Positions 29,037-39,128 of a DNA stretch of 64,000 nt are shown here, piece after piece. The notes beneath the pieces were generated by a model. That model had not been told where the DNA came from. It ran no database searches and saw only the letters and a list, made by a program, of their open reading frames with translations. The translations under genes were made by a program, and so were the position numbers. The stretch's first letter is position 1, and each line of letters begins with the position of its first letter. The stretch lies in the IMG/VR virus record IMGVR_UViG_3300027833_002114, positions 4,543 to 68,542 of that record; one strand, written 5' to 3'. Source of the stretch: a virus.

Positions 29037-31751
29037 ATGAGAAAACTATTATTAGTTGGATTGATGCTCTTAACGAGTATCGTTACTTTTGCACAAGTTA
29101 GTGGGAAAGTATTAGACATCGAAACTAATGACCCTCTACCAGGAGCAACCATCATCGTTCAAGGAACGGCGGATGGAGTTGTAACTGGTTTTGATGGTAC
29201 ATTTGAAATCGATGTTAAAAACGGAGAAGAATTGATTATCTCCTATCTAGGGTATGAAACTGCATTTGTTGTTTCTACTGTGGATGATTTTATGGAAATC
29301 TACTTAGAACCAGACCTAAATCAATTAGGTGAGGTTGTAGTAACTTCTGGTGTAATTGATATTGCGAAGGTGAGAGAAACTCCTGTTGCTGTATCAACCA
29401 TTTCACCATCAGAGATTGCGTTAAAAGTAGGTAACCAAGAGTTTCCTGAAATCATGAATAAAACTCCTGGAGTTTACGCTACCAAACAAGGTGGTGGTTA
29501 TGGTGATTCAAGAATCTCTTTAAGAGGATTTGACCAAAGAAACACTTCTTTCCTTATTAATGGGCAACCAGTTAATGATATGGAAAACGGATGGGTTTAT
29601 TGGTCTAACTGGCAAGGTTTAACTGATGTTGCAAGTGGTATCCAATTACAGAGAGGATTGGGAGCTTCAAGATTAGCAGTACCATCTGTTGGTGGAACTG
29701 TATCAATCTTTACAAAAGCTGCTGAAGCAAGAAAAGGTGCATCTGTACAACAATCAGTTGGTAATGATGGATACTTTAAAACTACTGCTTCTGTATCAAC
29801 AGGATTATCTGATAATGGATGGGCTACATCTGTGTTACTTTCTAAGTGGCAAGGTGATGGTTATATCTATAACACAAAAGGAGAGGGTTACACTTACTTC
29901 TTTGCGTTAGGATATGCACCTGAAGATTCAGACCATTCTGTTAACTTTTCTTTCTTAGGTGCTGGACAATGGCATCACCAAAGAGATGTTTGGGTTTCTA
30001 TTAGAGATTACCAAAACTTCGGTAAAGAAGGAATTGATAGAAGATGGAATTCCAATGGTGGTGTTTTAAATGGTGAAGAATTCTCAATGAGAAGAAACTT
30101 CTATAACAAACCATTAGCAACATTAAATTGGGATTGGGAAATCAACGATAACCTTAAATTAGCTACATCATTATATGGTTCAGCTGGTAGAGGTGGAGGA
30201 ACTGGTCCAAGAGGAAACAATTACAGAAACGCTACATCTGATATCTTACCATTCAGAAAGGATTTAACTGAACACTACTTAGAAAATGGTAGAGGTGCAA
30301 GAACTCCTGAAGGATTTATAGATTTCGATGCAGTTGTTGCTAACAATCAAGATACAACAGACCCATATAGTGGAGCTATTGGTGCATTTGAAGGTCAGTT
30401 AATTGGTTCTAATGGATTCAGAGATGATGGTGTTAATAGAGAAGTTCTTGTAAGAAGAGCATCTATGAACTCTCATGACTGGGTTGGAGCAATCTCTAAC
30501 TTAGAATACGAAAGTGGAAATTGGAAATATTCAGTTGGTGTGGATTTAAGAAACTATACTGGTTATCATTATAGAACTCTTAACCACTTAATGGGATTAG
30601 ATGGATACTACTCAACGGGTAATAGAAACTCTAATGGTCAAATTATCAATACTTTAGTGGAGGCATCTCCATTTAAAGGTACTGGTTTAAAAGGACCGAA
30701 GATTGATTATTACAATGTTGGTAAAGTTGGATGGCAAGGATTCAATGGTTTAGTTGAATATAAGAATGATAAGATTTCTGCAGTATTACAAGCAGGTACT
30801 TCTAATCAATCTTTCCAAAGACTTGATTATTTCGACCAACCAGATAATCCAGAATCAGATACTAAGAATCAAGGTGGAGGTTATCTTAAAGGTGGTGCAA
30901 ACTACAACATTGATGATAAACAAAACGTATTCTTTAATGCTGGTATGATTTCAAGACAACCACAATTTGGAGCAGTATTCCCTAACTATGCAAATGATGT
31001 TAATCCAGATTTACAAAACGAAGAAATTAAATCATTCGAATTAGGATATGGTTTCATTGGTAGTAACTTTAAAGTTAATGTTAATGCATATTCAACAGTA
31101 TGGGGTAATAGATTCGTTCAAAGAAGTTTATCTAATCAACAAGGTGTAGATGGTTCAGCTCAATTTAAAGATATCGATGTAGTACACAATGGTATCGAAG
31201 TTGAAACTTCTTATAACCCAACAGATAAGTTGAGATTAAAAGGTATGTTATCAATCGGTGATTGGAGATATACTAATGATTTCTCAGCAGAATTATTTGA
31301 TGACCAACAACAATCAATCGGTACAGGTACATTATACCTAAAAGATGCTAAAGTAGGAGATGCGGCTCAGTTCACAACTTATGTTGAAGCAGATTACGAG
31401 ATTATCCAAGGATTAAGAGTTGATTTAGGATATAGATTCGTTGATGGATTATATGCTGATTATTCAATCACAGATTCAGAATTTACTCAACCAGATAACC
31501 AAGGAGCTTTAAAATTACCGTCTTATGGATTGGCTGATTTAGGAGCAACTTATGTGTTTGATTTATTCGGAACTGATGCATCGTTTAGAGTTAACGTAAA
31601 TAACTTATTTGATACTTACTACATTGCAGAGTCTAACACTAACATCCACGCTGATGGTAGTTCACAGACATGGAATGGTGTAGATACGAGAAACTCAGTA
31701 TGGTTCGGATTCGGACGTACTTTCAACACATCTCTAAAAGTAAGATTCTAA
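29037..31751 (+). CDS. TonB-dependent receptor with an N-terminal carboxypeptidase-regulatory-like domain
   Basis: Signal peptide, PLPGATI..G...GFDGTF, LGEVVV, plug ISLRGF..INGQP, barrel end VNNLFD...GRTF...VRF. Confidence 0.93.
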   Translation: MRKLLLVGLMLLTSIVTFAQVSGKVLDIETNDPLPGATIIVQGTADGVVTGFDGTFEIDVKNGEELIISYLGYETAFVVSTVDDFMEIYLEPDLNQLGEVVVTSGVIDIAKVRETPVAVSTISPSEIALKVGNQEFPEIMNKTPGVYATKQGGGYGDSRISLRGFDQRNTSFLINGQPVNDMENGWVYWSNWQGLTDVASGIQLQRGLGASRLAVPSVGGTVSIFTKAAEARKGASVQQSVGNDGYFKTTASVSTGLSDNGWATSVLLSKWQGDGYIYNTKGEGYTYFFALGYAPEDSDHSVNFSFLGAGQWHHQRDVWVSIRDYQNFGKEGIDRRWNSNGGVLNGEEFSMRRNFYNKPLATLNWDWEINDNLKLATSLYGSAGRGGGTGPRGNNYRNATSDILPFRKDLTEHYLENGRGARTPEGFIDFDAVVANNQDTTDPYSGAIGAFEGQLIGSNGFRDDGVNREVLVRRASMNSHDWVGAISNLEYESGNWKYSVGVDLRNYTGYHYRTLNHLMGLDGYYSTGNRNSNGQIINTLVEASPFKGTGLKGPKIDYYNVGKVGWQGFNGLVEYKNDKISAVLQAGTSNQSFQRLDYFDQPDNPESDTKNQGGGYLKGGANYNIDDKQNVFFNAGMISRQPQFGAVFPNYANDVNPDLQNEEIKSFELGYGFIGSNFKVNVNAYSTVWGNRFVQRSLSNQQGVDGSAQFKDIDVVHNGIEVETSYNPTDKLRLKGMLSIGDWRYTNDFSAELFDDQQQSIGTGTLYLKDAKVGDAAQFTTYVEADYEIIQGLRVDLGYRFVDGLYADYSITDSEFTQPDNQGALKLPSYGLADLGATYVFDLFGTDASFRVNVNNLFDTYYIAESNTNIHADGSSQTWNGVDTRNSVWFGFGRTFNTSLKVRF

Positions 31752-31763
31752 AACTTATAAAAT

Positions 31764-31789
31764 AAGGGGGATTAATTTCCCCCTTTTTT
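31764..31789 (+). terminator. Rho-independent terminator after the TBDR gene
   Basis: AAGGGGGA-ttaatt-TCCCCCTT followed by a T run. Confidence 0.85.
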
Positions 31790-31792
31790 ATT

Positions 31793-32038
31793 ATGAAAAG
31801 CACAAAAAAAACTAATAGAATAGAGTTATTATATCAATATGGTGTAATATACTTCGGTACAGCATTAATGATGCTTTCTCCATTCATTATCGATTCAATT
31901 TATGGAAAGATGGGAATGGTTGTGGGGTTAATCCTCATTACAGTACAAACACAAAGAACAAAACAATATAATTTATCCTTACTTAATTTAGTAGGAATCA
32001 CTGGTTACATATATTCACTTATAAAAACATGGTTATGA
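31793..32038 (+). CDS. Small three-helix membrane protein
   Basis: Three hydrophobic segments; loosely PnuC/SemiSWEET half-like. Confidence 0.6.
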   Translation: MKSTKKTNRIELLYQYGVIYFGTALMMLSPFIIDSIYGKMGMVVGLILITVQTQRTKQYNLSLLNLVGITGYIYSLIKTWL

Positions 32039-32817
32039 AAAAATTATTAATATTAGTTTTAATCTTATTTACCTTAACATCGTTTTCAACAACGATGTTT
32101 TGGGGTAAGATAGGACATAGAACAGTTGGTGAAATTGCACAAAGACAATTAACACTAACAACAGAACAACGAGTTAATGAAATTTTAGATGGACAAACAC
32201 TTGCAGTTGCAAGTACTTGGGCAGATGAGATGAGGAGTAATCCTGATTTTGATAAATTTTCAACTTGGCATTATGTTAATCTTCCAATTGATAAAAATTA
32301 TGAGGAAGTAGAACATACACAAGAAAATGTAGTAAAAATGATTAATACTGCAATTCCTATTTTACAATCACCATCTGCATCAAAAGAGATGAAAGCGTTT
32401 TGGTTAAAGTATTTGGTTCATATGGTAGGAGATTTGCACCAACCTTTACATACTGGAAGATTTGAAGATTATGGTGGTAGTAAAATCAAAGTAAACTTCA
32501 AAGGAAGAAAAGGAGCAGAGAATCAAACGAATCTTCATGTATTATGGGATACCGATATGATTGATGATTACAAGATGAGTTATACTGAATATGCTGATAA
32601 ATTACAAAACCAATTTAAAGATACAGTAGTGGAACAAGGAAATGCTATCAAGTGGGCAAATGAATCACATGAGTATGTATCTAAGATTTATGAAACAAAA
32701 GATGGTTCATATTTATCATATGATTATGTATATGAGAATCTACCAATCGTAGATGAGAGATTATATTTTGCTGGAATCAGATTGGGTAACCTTTTAAATG
32801 AGATATTTGGAGAATGA
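32029..32817 (+). CDS. Exported S1/P1 nuclease
   Basis: Signal peptide, WGKIGH, WADEMR, WHYVN, HMVGDLHQPLH, NLHVLWD. Confidence 0.93.
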   Translation: MVMKKLLILVLILFTLTSFSTTMFWGKIGHRTVGEIAQRQLTLTTEQRVNEILDGQTLAVASTWADEMRSNPDFDKFSTWHYVNLPIDKNYEEVEHTQENVVKMINTAIPILQSPSASKEMKAFWLKYLVHMVGDLHQPLHTGRFEDYGGSKIKVNFKGRKGAENQTNLHVLWDTDMIDDYKMSYTEYADKLQNQFKDTVVEQGNAIKWANESHEYVSKIYETKDGSYLSYDYVYENLPIVDERLYFAGIRLGNLLNEIFGE

Positions 32818-33359
32818 GTAAATTAATAAACCTCTTTGGTGGACCTGGTATTGGAAAATCTTCAATAGCAAATGGAATCACCTATAAACTAAAAAAACAA
32901 CACATTAGTTGTAACAACCCATATGAATTTCCCAAACGATTAGCTTGGGATAAAAATATACCAGCAATATCAGACCAACTTTATGTATTTGCAAATCAAC
33001 ATAGAGGAATAGCAGAATGTTATGGTAAAGTAGATTATATAATAATCGATTCACCAATTTTATTTTCTACAATTTACCACAGATATTATACAGAAGGATA
33101 TCCTGCTGAATTTTATGGAGAACCTTTCCATAATTTAGTTATTGATTTACATAGAAAATATGATAGTATCAATATCTTATTAAAACGAGGTGAAACTAAA
33201 CACAATGATAATGAACGATTTCAAGATTTGAAACAATCACTTGAAATAGATGAGTTGTGTAAAAAAGTATTAGAAGAAAATAAAGTTCCTTACCATGAAA
33301 TAGAGGTTGGACCAAAAACCGTAAAAAAAATTATGAAATTATTAGGAAAGTCCAAATAA
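32814..33359 (+). CDS. NadR/AAA_28-like P-loop kinase
   Basis: INLFGGPGIGKS, IIIDSPIL, R.Q...S. Confidence 0.75.
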   Translation: MSKLINLFGGPGIGKSSIANGITYKLKKQHISCNNPYEFPKRLAWDKNIPAISDQLYVFANQHRGIAECYGKVDYIIIDSPILFSTIYHRYYTEGYPAEFYGEPFHNLVIDLHRKYDSINILLKRGETKHNDNERFQDLKQSLEIDELCKKVLEENKVPYHEIEVGPKTVKKIMKLLGKSK

Positions 33360-33380
33360 TTTTCGTATATTTGTATAACA
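33342..33380 (+). promoter_or_regulatory. Bacteroidota sigmaA-type promoter
   Basis: TTAGGAA...TTTTCGTATATTTGTATAA. Confidence 0.8.
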
Positions 33381-33396
33381 AATAATAATAGATAAA

Positions 33397-33621
33397 ATGG
33401 CAAACTTACAAGAAATAGCAAAAAAGTTTAGAGTATCAGATAATTTTCTGAACTCAAAAGAAGATGCGTTACTAATCGTAGCAACATCAATGGTAGATTT
33501 AATCGGTGAATTAAACAGAAATCAAAACAGAGGTATTGATGAAAATCAAAAACAATCACTAATTACTAAATTAGAAAAGTTAGGAGAATTTTGTAAAGAA
33601 GTAAAAAACTCTACATTTTAA
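33397..33621 (+). CDS. Hypothetical protein
   Basis: First ORF after the promoter. Confidence 0.7.
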   Translation: MANLQEIAKKFRVSDNFLNSKEDALLIVATSMVDLIGELNRNQNRGIDENQKQSLITKLEKLGEFCKEVKNSTF

Positions 33622-33622
33622 T

Positions 33623-34576
33623 ATGGCATTTTTCGAAGATAATAACACACAACCAAATAAGGTAGCAAATTCTCTATGGGTAGAGAAGTACAGACCTTCT
33701 AAACTAACAGAATACGTTGGTAATGAACATTTAAAGGATAAGGTAAAGGATTATCTTGAAAGTGGAGAAATCCCTCATCTTTTATTCTTCGGTAAAGCTG
33801 GTACAGGTAAAACAACATTAGCTAAGTTAATTGTAAATTCAATTGATTGTGACCATATCATTATAAATGCATCTGATGAAAATAATGTAGATACCGTTCG
33901 TAATAAAGTAAAAGGATTTGCTTCAACTGTTGGTTTCAAAGATATGAAAATAATCATACTTGATGAGTTTGATTATATGACACCAAATGCACAAGCACTT
34001 TTAAGAAACTTGATGGAAACGTTCTCAAAACATTGTAGATTCATTCTAACTTGTAATTATGTTGAGAAAGTAATCTCACCAATTAGAAGTAGAACACAAG
34101 AGTTTCAGATTGTACCTCCAACTAAAAAAGATGTTGCAGTTCAAATATCACAGATTTTAGGTAGAGAATCTATTAGTTTCCAACCAGCAAACCTTGTACC
34201 TATCATTGATAGTTCATATCCTGATATTAGAAAGATTATCAATACTTGCCAGTTGAATTCATCTAAGGGAGAATTAAAAGTTGATACAACCTCTGTAATT
34301 GATGCAGATATTAAATCAAAGGTAGTAGATATTCTTAAAGGTTCTGATGCAAAAGCCAATAAATGGAAAAATATCAGACAAGCAGTTGCAGATGCGAGAG
34401 TACAAGATTTCACAGAACTTTATACGTTCTTATATGAAAAAGTAGAAGTTTATGGTGGTACAAATACCTCAAACATAATACTAATCTTATCAGAATCACA
34501 ACACAAAGATGCATTGGTAGTAGATAAAGAAATTACCTTTATGAGTTGTATAATTCAAATAGTTGGTATATTATGA
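33623..34576 (+). CDS. Clamp loader AAA+ subunit (gp44 / RFC-like)
   Basis: LWVEKYRP, GKAGTGKTT, INASDE, ILDEFD, IRSR. Confidence 0.93.
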   Translation: MAFFEDNNTQPNKVANSLWVEKYRPSKLTEYVGNEHLKDKVKDYLESGEIPHLLFFGKAGTGKTTLAKLIVNSIDCDHIIINASDENNVDTVRNKVKGFASTVGFKDMKIIILDEFDYMTPNAQALLRNLMETFSKHCRFILTCNYVEKVISPIRSRTQEFQIVPPTKKDVAVQISQILGRESISFQPANLVPIIDSSYPDIRKIINTCQLNSSKGELKVDTTSVIDADIKSKVVDILKGSDAKANKWKNIRQAVADARVQDFTELYTFLYEKVEVYGGTNTSNIILILSESQHKDALVVDKEITFMSCIIQIVGIL

Positions 34577-34674
34577 TAAACAAATTAAAAAAAGTTTGGA
34601 ACTATCTAACTTGGTTAGAAGAACAACGAATGAAAGCCGCAATCAAATGTGGTAGTGCAGGACCTTTACTATGA
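34573..34674 (+). CDS. Small protein (33 aa), absent from the ORF track
   Basis: MINKLKKVWNYLTWLEEQRMKAAIKCGSAGPLL; ATGA overlaps at both ends. Confidence 0.65.
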   Translation: MINKLKKVWNYLTWLEEQRMKAAIKCGSAGPLL

Positions 34675-34985
34675 TAAACTTAGAAACAGATTCACTTGAT
34701 GTATTGATACGAACACAACCAAAGTTAATGGTTATGTTTGGAACTGATTGGTGTGGGAATTGTGATGTTCTTAAACCATATTTTGAGAAAGTTTCTAATC
34801 AACAACAAAATAGACAAATTCCGTTTGTGTATGTTAATCCTGATAACTCACCAAATAGTAGAGAGTTAGTTGATTTAACAAACATACCAATGGTAGTTGC
34901 TTTTAAGAAAGGAAAGGTAATTGCAAATGAATATGGAAACAAAGAAGAGATAGTTGATAAAGTTTTATCAATTTTATTAGGATAA
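34671..34985 (+). CDS. Thioredoxin-like protein
   Basis: WCGNC, NIP. Confidence 0.85.
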   Translation: MINLETDSLDVLIRTQPKLMVMFGTDWCGNCDVLKPYFEKVSNQQQNRQIPFVYVNPDNSPNSRELVDLTNIPMVVAFKKGKVIANEYGNKEEIVDKVLSILLG

Positions 34986-35014
34986 ATAAAATATTTTTTG
35001 TATATTTGTATAAC
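34977..35014 (+). promoter_or_regulatory. Bacteroidota sigmaA-type promoter
   Basis: TTAGGAT...TTTTGTATATTTGTATAAC. Confidence 0.75.
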
Positions 35015-35030
35015 AAATAAACTTTAAAAG

Positions 35031-35378
35031 ATGAAATACGACCACGAAAATCCATTAAATGAAGCAGAGTTAGAAGCATTGGGTAATGAGAACTTTGATT
35101 CTTTTCTTGCATATCTCGATAGTAAAACAGAATATCTTAAACAATTCACTAAACCACTTAGTTCATATCATACCAAAAGATTTGCTTCATTAAGTTCAGC
35201 ACAACAAGGTAAATCAATCACAGAAGAAGAACTTAAGAAAGCTAATGATATTGGTAGAAAGAATGAACTAGAAGCTATTGATAAGATTAAAAACAAAGAG
35301 TGGAAAGAGAAGGAAATCGAAATGTTAAAGAAAACAGTAAAAAATGTAAAAACAGACCGTTCACAATGGTTCGATTAA
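35031..35378 (+). CDS. Hypothetical protein
   Basis: First ORF after the promoter. Confidence 0.7.
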   Translation: MKYDHENPLNEAELEALGNENFDSFLAYLDSKTEYLKQFTKPLSSYHTKRFASLSSAQQGKSITEEELKKANDIGRKNELEAIDKIKNKEWKEKEIEMLKKTVKNVKTDRSQWFD

Positions 35379-35389
35379 ATAAATAAATT

Positions 35390-35656
35390 ATGGCAAAGAT
35401 TATAGGAATGAATAATGGTGGAAATACACCCCCACCTCAACAACCAAAGATAGATTTATCTAAGGCAACAGAAATGAAATGTGAAGAATGTGGTGGTACT
35501 GTGTTTATACAAGGTACTAAGTTCTTGAAGATTTCAAAGATAGTAACAGGTACACCACAAGATGCAATCATACCAGTAGAGTTATATCTATGTGGTGATT
35601 GTGGTGAAATAAACAAAGAGTTATTACCAAAAGAATTACAGAATAATGGCAACTAG
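35390..35656 (+). CDS. Zinc-ribbon protein
   Basis: CEECG...CGDCG. Confidence 0.7.
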   Translation: MAKIIGMNNGGNTPPPQQPKIDLSKATEMKCEECGGTVFIQGTKFLKISKIVTGTPQDAIIPVELYLCGDCGEINKELLPKELQNNGN

Positions 35657-36098
35657 AACACTATTTGACCATATAACAAATATAACTTCAGTTCAAAATC
35701 CAAAGTATTGGGATAGTTTAGAAGATGCTGATAAGAAAACATGGAGTAACTATATGGTACATCGTTTTCTTTCTATGAATCCTGATTGGATAGAAGTTCT
35801 TTCAGAGATACAACCATACACACAAGTTTTAGAACCGAAACAATTATATCTTGCTCTTATCGGTATATTACCAAAAGGTAGAAGATATTTGAAATATACA
35901 AAAGGTAAGAAAGCAAACAAGTACGAATCTTGGTTAATTGATTTACTTATACAAGATTTTAATTGTTCAAGTATAGAAGCAGAAGATTATTGTGAAATAC
36001 TTTATGCAACTAAAGAAGGTAGAGAAAATATAAAGTTCATTTGTGAAAAGTATGGTATTGATAAGAAACAAATAACTAAATTAAAGTTGAAACTTTAG
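35646..36098 (+). CDS. Clamp loader small subunit (gp62-like)
   Basis: LFDHI..I, YMVHRFLSM, Y..L...LPK..RYLKY.K; near the gp44-like gene. Confidence 0.65.
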   Translation: MATRTLFDHITNITSVQNPKYWDSLEDADKKTWSNYMVHRFLSMNPDWIEVLSEIQPYTQVLEPKQLYLALIGILPKGRRYLKYTKGKKANKYESWLIDLLIQDFNCSSIEAEDYCEILYATKEGRENIKFICEKYGIDKKQITKLKLKL

Positions 36099-36107
36099 TA
36101 GAAAAAA

Positions 36108-36148
36108 TTAGGATATATCAAATATTTTTCGTATATTTACATAGTAAA
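36108..36148 (+). promoter_or_regulatory. Early-type promoter, TATATTTAC variant
   Basis: TTAGGATAT...TTTTCGTATATTTACATAGTAAA. Confidence 0.78.
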
Positions 36149-36162
36149 TAAAACATAAAAGT

Positions 36163-37020
36163 ATGGCAAGAGTAAGTTATTCTCAGTATGGTATGTATAG
36201 TTCATGCCAACAACAGTACAAATTAAATTATATTGATAAGTTAGGTATTAGTAATGCTAATATCCATCTTATATTTGGTAGTGCAATGCACGAAGTTATT
36301 CAACATTTCTTAGATGTGATGTATAATGTAACTAAAAAACAAGCATTAACACTTCCACTTGAATCAATGTTACAAGATAAACTTGTAGAACACTTTACTA
36401 AGTATAAAGAAAAGATGGGTGAAGATGACCCATGTACTAAGAAAGAACTTCAAGAGTTCTTTGAGGATGGTAAGGCTATCCTAAAATACTTCACAAGTAA
36501 ATTAGATAAGTTATACACTAAGAGTGGATTCGAACTTATTGCAATTGAACAAAGATTAAATGCTGAGATTAAACCTGGTGTTAACTTCATCGGTTTTATT
36601 GATGTACTCCTAAAGGATAAAACTACTCAAGATTATATTATCATTGATTTAAAAACATCTACACGAGGTTGGAACAAATATCAGAAAGCTGATAAAGTAA
36701 AAACTTCTCAGATGTTACTATATAAGAAATTCTATTCTGAAAAATACGATATACCATTAGATAAGATTAAAGTAGAATATCAAATACTCAAACGAAAACT
36801 TTGGGAAGGTGCTGATTTTGTACAACCAAGGATATCTAAGTTTGTTCCTGCAAATGGTAAACCCTCAATGAATATGGCATGGAAAAATTTCATGTTCTTT
36901 GTTGATTCAGTATTTGGTGAAAATGGTGAGATAATTCAAACTGAGTTTCCAACTAATAAAGGTAAACCTTGTGATTGGTGTGAATTCAAACAACGAGGAT
37001 TATGTTCTGCATGGAATTAG
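36163..37020 (+). CDS. PD-(D/E)XK exonuclease (RecB/AddB/Cas4-like)
   Basis: SYSQ...C, FGSAMH, GFIDV, IIDLKTS, QMLLY, CDWC...C. Confidence 0.88.
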   Translation: MARVSYSQYGMYSSCQQQYKLNYIDKLGISNANIHLIFGSAMHEVIQHFLDVMYNVTKKQALTLPLESMLQDKLVEHFTKYKEKMGEDDPCTKKELQEFFEDGKAILKYFTSKLDKLYTKSGFELIAIEQRLNAEIKPGVNFIGFIDVLLKDKTTQDYIIIDLKTSTRGWNKYQKADKVKTSQMLLYKKFYSEKYDIPLDKIKVEYQILKRKLWEGADFVQPRISKFVPANGKPSMNMAWKNFMFFVDSVFGENGEIIQTEFPTNKGKPCDWCEFKQRGLCSAWN

Positions 37021-37040
37021 TAACGTTTTTATAATTTATA

Positions 37041-37050
37041 TATATTTATA
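37041..37050 (+). promoter_or_regulatory. Candidate late-type promoter
   Basis: TATATTTATA, intergenic, at the head of the glycosylation island. Confidence 0.5.
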
Positions 37051-37071
37051 TAAAACAATAAAAGGATAGTT

Positions 37072-37266
37072 ATGGCAGAAACAAAACTTACAACAGTAAA
37101 AATAATTAAAGATATTTATTCTAAATTCAAAAAAATATCATTTGACTCAAATATAACCCTACAAAAACTGGTTAACAGGTCTGTAAACAAATATATTGAA
37201 GATGAAGATTTTAGATTGGATATTAATAAATATGATAATCTACATGAGAGCGGTTCTCAATTTTAA
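37072..37266 (+). CDS. Ribbon-helix-helix-like small protein
   Basis: LTTVKI...Y..FK......TLQKLVNRSV..Y. Confidence 0.55.
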   Translation: MAETKLTTVKIIKDIYSKFKKISFDSNITLQKLVNRSVNKYIEDEDFRLDINKYDNLHESGSQF

Positions 37267-37284
37267 TAAGAAAGTAAAAAAACA

Positions 37285-37425
37285 ATGAGTACAACAAGTA
37301 GTAACTCCGGACCTCAATTAAACACACTTAGGTCTACCTACAATGAATTAGTTTCTAAGAAGTTATTCTTAGGTAAAAGTAAAAAAGTACAATGGGAATC
37401 TAAGAGAAGATTCGGAAACATTTAA
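37285..37425 (+). CDS. Small basic protein (46 aa), absent from the ORF track
   Basis: MSTTSSNSGPQLNTLRSTYNELVSKKLFLGKSKKVQWESKRRFGNI fills the intergenic gap. Confidence 0.55.
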   Translation: MSTTSSNSGPQLNTLRSTYNELVSKKLFLGKSKKVQWESKRRFGNI

Positions 37426-37446
37426 AAAATTATTAATAAAGGTTAT

Positions 37447-38850
37447 ATGAGTAAAAAGAAGAAAATTTTATTACTATCTGATGACTTACGAATGTCATCG
37501 GGTATAGCAACAGTTTCTAAAGAATTGGTTTTTGGTACTCTTGATAAATACGACTGGGTTCAATTAGGAGCAGCAGTTAATCATCCAGAAAAGGGTAAGG
37601 AAATAGATTTAGGAGATGATGCGAAAAAAAGAAGTGGAATAGAAGATGCTTCTCTTAAAATTATTCCATGGACAGGTTATGGAGATGCAAACATTCTTCG
37701 TGAATTAATTATGAGACATCAACCTGATGCAATTCTACACTTTACAGACCCAAGATATTGGAGATGGTTATATGAGATGGAAGCGGAGGTAAGACAAAAT
37801 CTTCCTATTTTATTTTACCACATTTGGGATGATTTACCAGACCCGGATTACAATAGAAACTACTATGAATCATGTGATTGGTTGGGATGTATCTCAAGAC
37901 AAACTTATGGTATTGTAAGTAGAGTAGGTAATATAGATTCAGAAACAATCAAACCATTAGAAGATTGGCAAGTATCTTATGTACCACATGGTATCAATTC
38001 AGAAACCTACAAACCAACTATTGTAAATGAGGATTTCAAAAAACAATTACTAGGTGATAAGGATTATAAGTTTGTATTATTTTGGATGAACCGAAATATC
38101 AAACGTAAACAACCATCAGATGTTATTTGGGCATTCAGTAAATTTGTGAATGGGTTACCTAAAGAAGATAGGGATAAGGTGTGTTTAATTATGCATACAA
38201 ATCCGATTGACCAGAATGGAACTGATTTAGTATCTGTATCTGAGAAAATCGCACCTGGATGTGATATAAAATTCTCAACCGATAGAATTACACAAGAACA
38301 ACTAAATCAGTTATATAACATAGCAGATTGTACAATCAATATTGCGGGTAATGAAGGATTTGGGTTAACAACTGCAGAATCTGTTATGGCAGGAACACCA
38401 TCTATTATAAACGTTACAGGTGGATTACAAGACCAATGTGGATTCAAATGGATTTCTGATGATAAAAAAGTAGATGGAAAATACCTAACTGCTGAAGATT
38501 ATAAAGAAATTGGTTCACTTCACAATTACAGAGATTGGGAAGATAAAGTAACACATGGGGAATGGGTAAAGCCAGTTTGGCCAAGAGTTCAAACTATGGT
38601 TGGTTCAGTTCCAACTCCTTATATCATTGATGATAAGGTTGATGTAAATGAAGTTGCAGATGCAATTAGATATTGGTATGATATTCATCCAGAAGATAGA
38701 AGAGAACGAGGATTAAAGGGTAGAGATGAATTTTTAGGTGAAATGGGATTGAATTCTAAAAATATGTGTAAAACACTTGTTGATGGAATTGAAACTACAT
38801 TTGAAAATTGGAAACCAAAAGATAAATTTAACGTTTATAAAATTAGGTAA
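37447..38850 (+). CDS. GT-B (GT4-like) glycosyltransferase
   Basis: NRNIKRKQ, LYNIAD, EGFGLTTAES, TGGLQDQ. Confidence 0.88.
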   Translation: MSKKKKILLLSDDLRMSSGIATVSKELVFGTLDKYDWVQLGAAVNHPEKGKEIDLGDDAKKRSGIEDASLKIIPWTGYGDANILRELIMRHQPDAILHFTDPRYWRWLYEMEAEVRQNLPILFYHIWDDLPDPDYNRNYYESCDWLGCISRQTYGIVSRVGNIDSETIKPLEDWQVSYVPHGINSETYKPTIVNEDFKKQLLGDKDYKFVLFWMNRNIKRKQPSDVIWAFSKFVNGLPKEDRDKVCLIMHTNPIDQNGTDLVSVSEKIAPGCDIKFSTDRITQEQLNQLYNIADCTINIAGNEGFGLTTAESVMAGTPSIINVTGGLQDQCGFKWISDDKKVDGKYLTAEDYKEIGSLHNYRDWEDKVTHGEWVKPVWPRVQTMVGSVPTPYIIDDKVDVNEVADAIRYWYDIHPEDRRERGLKGRDEFLGEMGLNSKNMCKTLVDGIETTFENWKPKDKFNVYKIR

Positions 38851-39128
38851 TGAGTAAGCCAATCTTCATAGTTAGATTACCAGGTTACTGGAATCCTAAA
38901 CAATTTGATATATCAAGAAAAGCAATTTACGATAGAAAAGAACTATCAAATGAGTATCATGTATTAGTATTATCTGATAATGAAGTTGAAACTATACGAT
39001 TTGAGTGTTATAACTCACCACATGAACCAGAAAAGTTAGAAGAAATAACAAAACTAACTCAGATATCAATAGAAAGATGTTTGAGAAACGAAGAAGAAAA
39101 CCGATTAAGAGAATTAGAAGATGAATAA
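38850..39128 (+). CDS. Hypothetical protein
   Basis: TAATG-coupled ORF. Confidence 0.65.
   Translation: MSKPIFIVRLPGYWNPKQFDISRKAIYDRKELSNEYHVLVLSDNEVETIRFECYNSPHEPEKLEEITKLTQISIERCLRNEEENRLRELEDE

Noticed and set aside
36163-37020. Cas4-like nuclease as a sign of CRISPR-Cas
   Set aside because: No repeat-spacer array or other cas genes; solo Cas4-like exonucleases are common in phages
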